Below, piece after piece: positions 62,234 to 64,000 of a stretch of 64,000 nucleotides of DNA (positions are counted from its first letter, which is position 1; every line of letters starts with the position of its first letter). Where the stretch lies: IMG/VR virus record IMGVR_UViG_3300031251_000001, positions 150,230-214,229 of that record; one strand, written 5' to 3'. Made by a program: the position numbers and the translations under genes. The notes beneath the pieces were generated by a model, which was given only the letters and a program-made list of their open reading frames with translations, did no database searches and was not told where the DNA came from.

Positions 62234-63529
62234 TTATTCGCCTGCAATTACAGGCTCTTCGACGGCCTTGCCCATGTACAGGAACTCGACCCCGGCCTCA
62301 GTGCAATGGCGCTCAAGTTCCCCCTTGAGCTGGAACCACGGGAAGCGGGGCACGAAGTTCTGGATCGAGTCGTCGTACTTAATGGAAGAGACATCGTTCC
62401 GCAGGGCGAACTGCACGACCTGGCAGCAGGTCTGCAGGATAAAGGTTTTGATACGGTTGTTGTGCTTCCTGGCCCAAAGATCGGCGTCACGCAGGAGACG
62501 CTCCTTCTTGGCCTTGGGGATGCGCATCTCGTGTTTGAGGTCCTGGGACTGGCGGTGCTGCCGGCGTCCGTACTGATAGCACCAGTCACGCACACGGTCA
62601 GCATTAACGACCCAGGGCTCCTCACGGTCCTGGAGGATGCCATAGAGGAGCGACTCCTCAGTAGTGCTGATGTTGAAGAAGCGCTCCTTCTCCAGCTTCT
62701 CCCTGGTCTTGCGTGGGGCATTGACCACGAGCTTGCACATCAGTCGATTGACGGGTCGGGAGGGCTTATTGCCTTGCGGTATATTACTCCTGTGATCACC
62801 CTCGTTGGCTCGCATCTGGTAGAGAGCGATCTCATTGCACTCAGCCTCTCCGTCGAGCACCTGCTGCAGCACTCCGAGCTGACGCCAGTATTGCGACTTA
62901 GAACCTGACAACCGCAGCGTGGTGTGCTCCTTCTGCCCCATCAGACGCATCTTGACACCGAAGGCTTCAGGGAGCTTTTCTTTAGCGGGTAACTTCACCA
63001 GCTTGCTGTCATTGGTGGAGTAAGGCTGCGGGTAGCGGAACGACGGCAGTGATTGCTTGCCGGTCCAGATCACCTCATAGCGGGCAGCGGCATAGATCTT
63101 CTGCACCAGGTTCTCGGCGATGGCCCGCATGGCAGGGTGGATCCGGAAACTAGCCGTCTCCTGGTAGAGATAAGGCCTATCCCAGGTGGGCATTTTCGCC
63201 ATCGTGCCATCACGAACGATGTCACGGAGGAACATCTGGCGGATGAGGAAGTTCTTGAGCCTGGTCGCTTCGGCGAACGAGTCGCGAAGCAAGGGCCGCA
63301 GGTCTTCCCAAGTGATGCCGTCAGGTGCAGTGACCGGGATGGTTATCGCAAAAGTGCGATAATCCCTCTTGTAGCACTTGTTGCAGATGAGCTTATCACC
63401 CTTGAGCTTCCAACCCTTGGGTATTTTAGCAGTGCCGTCTTTGCCCGGCTTGGACTTGCCCTTGTTGACGCAGCCCTCATTGGCGCAATACGTCTCCATC
63501 AGATTCGGTTTGGTTTCGACGATTGACAT
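62234..63529 (-). CDS. Cas12f/TnpB-like protein, predicted nuclease-dead and C-terminally truncated
   Basis: Colinear Cas12f-like blocks: TGKQSLPSFRYPQP, VLQQVLDGE, RFFNISTT (at RuvC-I GIDLG), bridge helix to QVVQFALRNDVSSIKYDD (RuvC-II), FPWFQLKGELERHCTEAGVEF; then stop. AAGGAG RBS. Confidence 0.72.
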   Translation of the reverse strand: MSIVETKPNLMETYCANEGCVNKGKSKPGKDGTAKIPKGWKLKGDKLICNKCYKRDYRTFAITIPVTAPDGITWEDLRPLLRDSFAEATRLKNFLIRQMFLRDIVRDGTMAKMPTWDRPYLYQETASFRIHPAMRAIAENLVQKIYAAARYEVIWTGKQSLPSFRYPQPYSTNDSKLVKLPAKEKLPEAFGVKMRLMGQKEHTTLRLSGSKSQYWRQLGVLQQVLDGEAECNEIALYQMRANEGDHRSNIPQGNKPSRPVNRLMCKLVVNAPRKTREKLEKERFFNISTTEESLLYGILQDREEPWVVNADRVRDWCYQYGRRQHRQSQDLKHEMRIPKAKKERLLRDADLWARKHNNRIKTFILQTCCQVVQFALRNDVSSIKYDDSIQNFVPRFPWFQLKGELERHCTEAGVEFLYMGKAVEEPVIAGE

Positions 63530-63597
63530 AAAAACTCCTTATTGGGAAGCGAAGACTCACCCCATCACGAAGAAAGCCACTGCACTATGCAGCGGCT

Positions 63598-63663
63598 CGT
63601 TGTACCGGCGAGTGTCCACCAGGGACACCCTAACCAGTGGTAGGCGGGATGGACGCCCCTTAG
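63598..63663 (-). ncRNA. 66-nt scaffold element, copy F (directly upstream of the Cas12f-like gene)
   Basis: CTAAGGGGCGTCCATCCCGCCTACCACTGGTTAGGGTGTCCCTGGTGGACACTCGCCGGTACAACG. Confidence 0.8.
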
Positions 63664-63932
63664 TTGATTGGCTGACCTGTGGGACCGAGGATGCTGCCTG
63701 GTTTGCGGACTTCCAGTTCAGCGGGATCAGGTGGCAGCTCAGGGACATTATCGAACAGACACAGATAGCTGGTGGGATGCTTGCCATTGATCAAGGGCAG
63801 CTTGTCCAGGTCGGTTTGCAGCTGGGCTTCAGGGTTAGGTATCCGTGCGACGGTGATTTTCTGCGGGATGACGTAGCCACCCATGGTGCAGGCCTGCCAG
63901 ATGCGATCATCGTGGTCAAAGACTTGCTCCAC
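63660..63932 (-). CDS. hypothetical protein
   Basis: 90-aa ORF whose stop codon overlaps scaffold copy F. Confidence 0.5.
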   Translation of the reverse strand: MEQVFDHDDRIWQACTMGGYVIPQKITVARIPNPEAQLQTDLDKLPLINGKHPTSYLCLFDNVPELPPDPAELEVRKPGSILGPTGQPIN

Positions 63933-64000
63933 GGAGGAGTATTCATCGAGATCCTTCTGTCGTGCGTCGCAGAAGTAGTAAGCAACGACATCCCAGTAGA

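Noticed and set aside
62234-63529. Active IS200/IS605 or IS607 transposon
   Set aside because: No TnpA or serine recombinase nearby in the window, only 33 nt downstream (no room for a typical right end), and catalytic residues are absent.
1-64000. Canonical CRISPR array or TIGR array
   Set aside because: No 23-50 nt direct repeats and no 36-nt dual-repeat box C/D-like units seen; no Nop-domain protein recognised.

Overview
This window looks like part of a large (jumbo-like) bacteriophage genome. It is GC-rich and densely tiled with short minus-strand ORFs, most of them hypothetical. Recognisable genes include dCTP deaminase, a tail/structural cluster, two HNH nucleases, a WGR-ATP-dependent DNA ligase, a CAP protein, a glycosyltransferase, a TylF methyltransferase, an NPPF methyltransferase, an initiator-like tRNA-Met, a His-box lipid hydroxylase/desaturase, PAP2, Nudix, two GHKL ATPases and an S53 peptidase. 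The main finding is a candidate RNA-guided system. A Cas12f/TnpB-like protein (62234-63529) lacks its RuvC catalytic residues and its C-terminal Zn-finger/RuvC-III. Directly upstream is a 66-nt structured element that recurs seven times in intergenic gaps, aligns without gaps and shows compensatory base changes. In five copies the element is followed by a periodic mini-array of 4-9 nt repeats (YRGG core, period about 25-29 nt) separated by unique spacers. The YRGG core is complementary to the element's invariant CCUG. A separate perfect 16-bp palindrome, CAAAATACGTATTTTG, also occurs seven times, always between genes. All family calls come from reading motifs by eye; no database search was run, and many small hypothetical ORFs are not listed.
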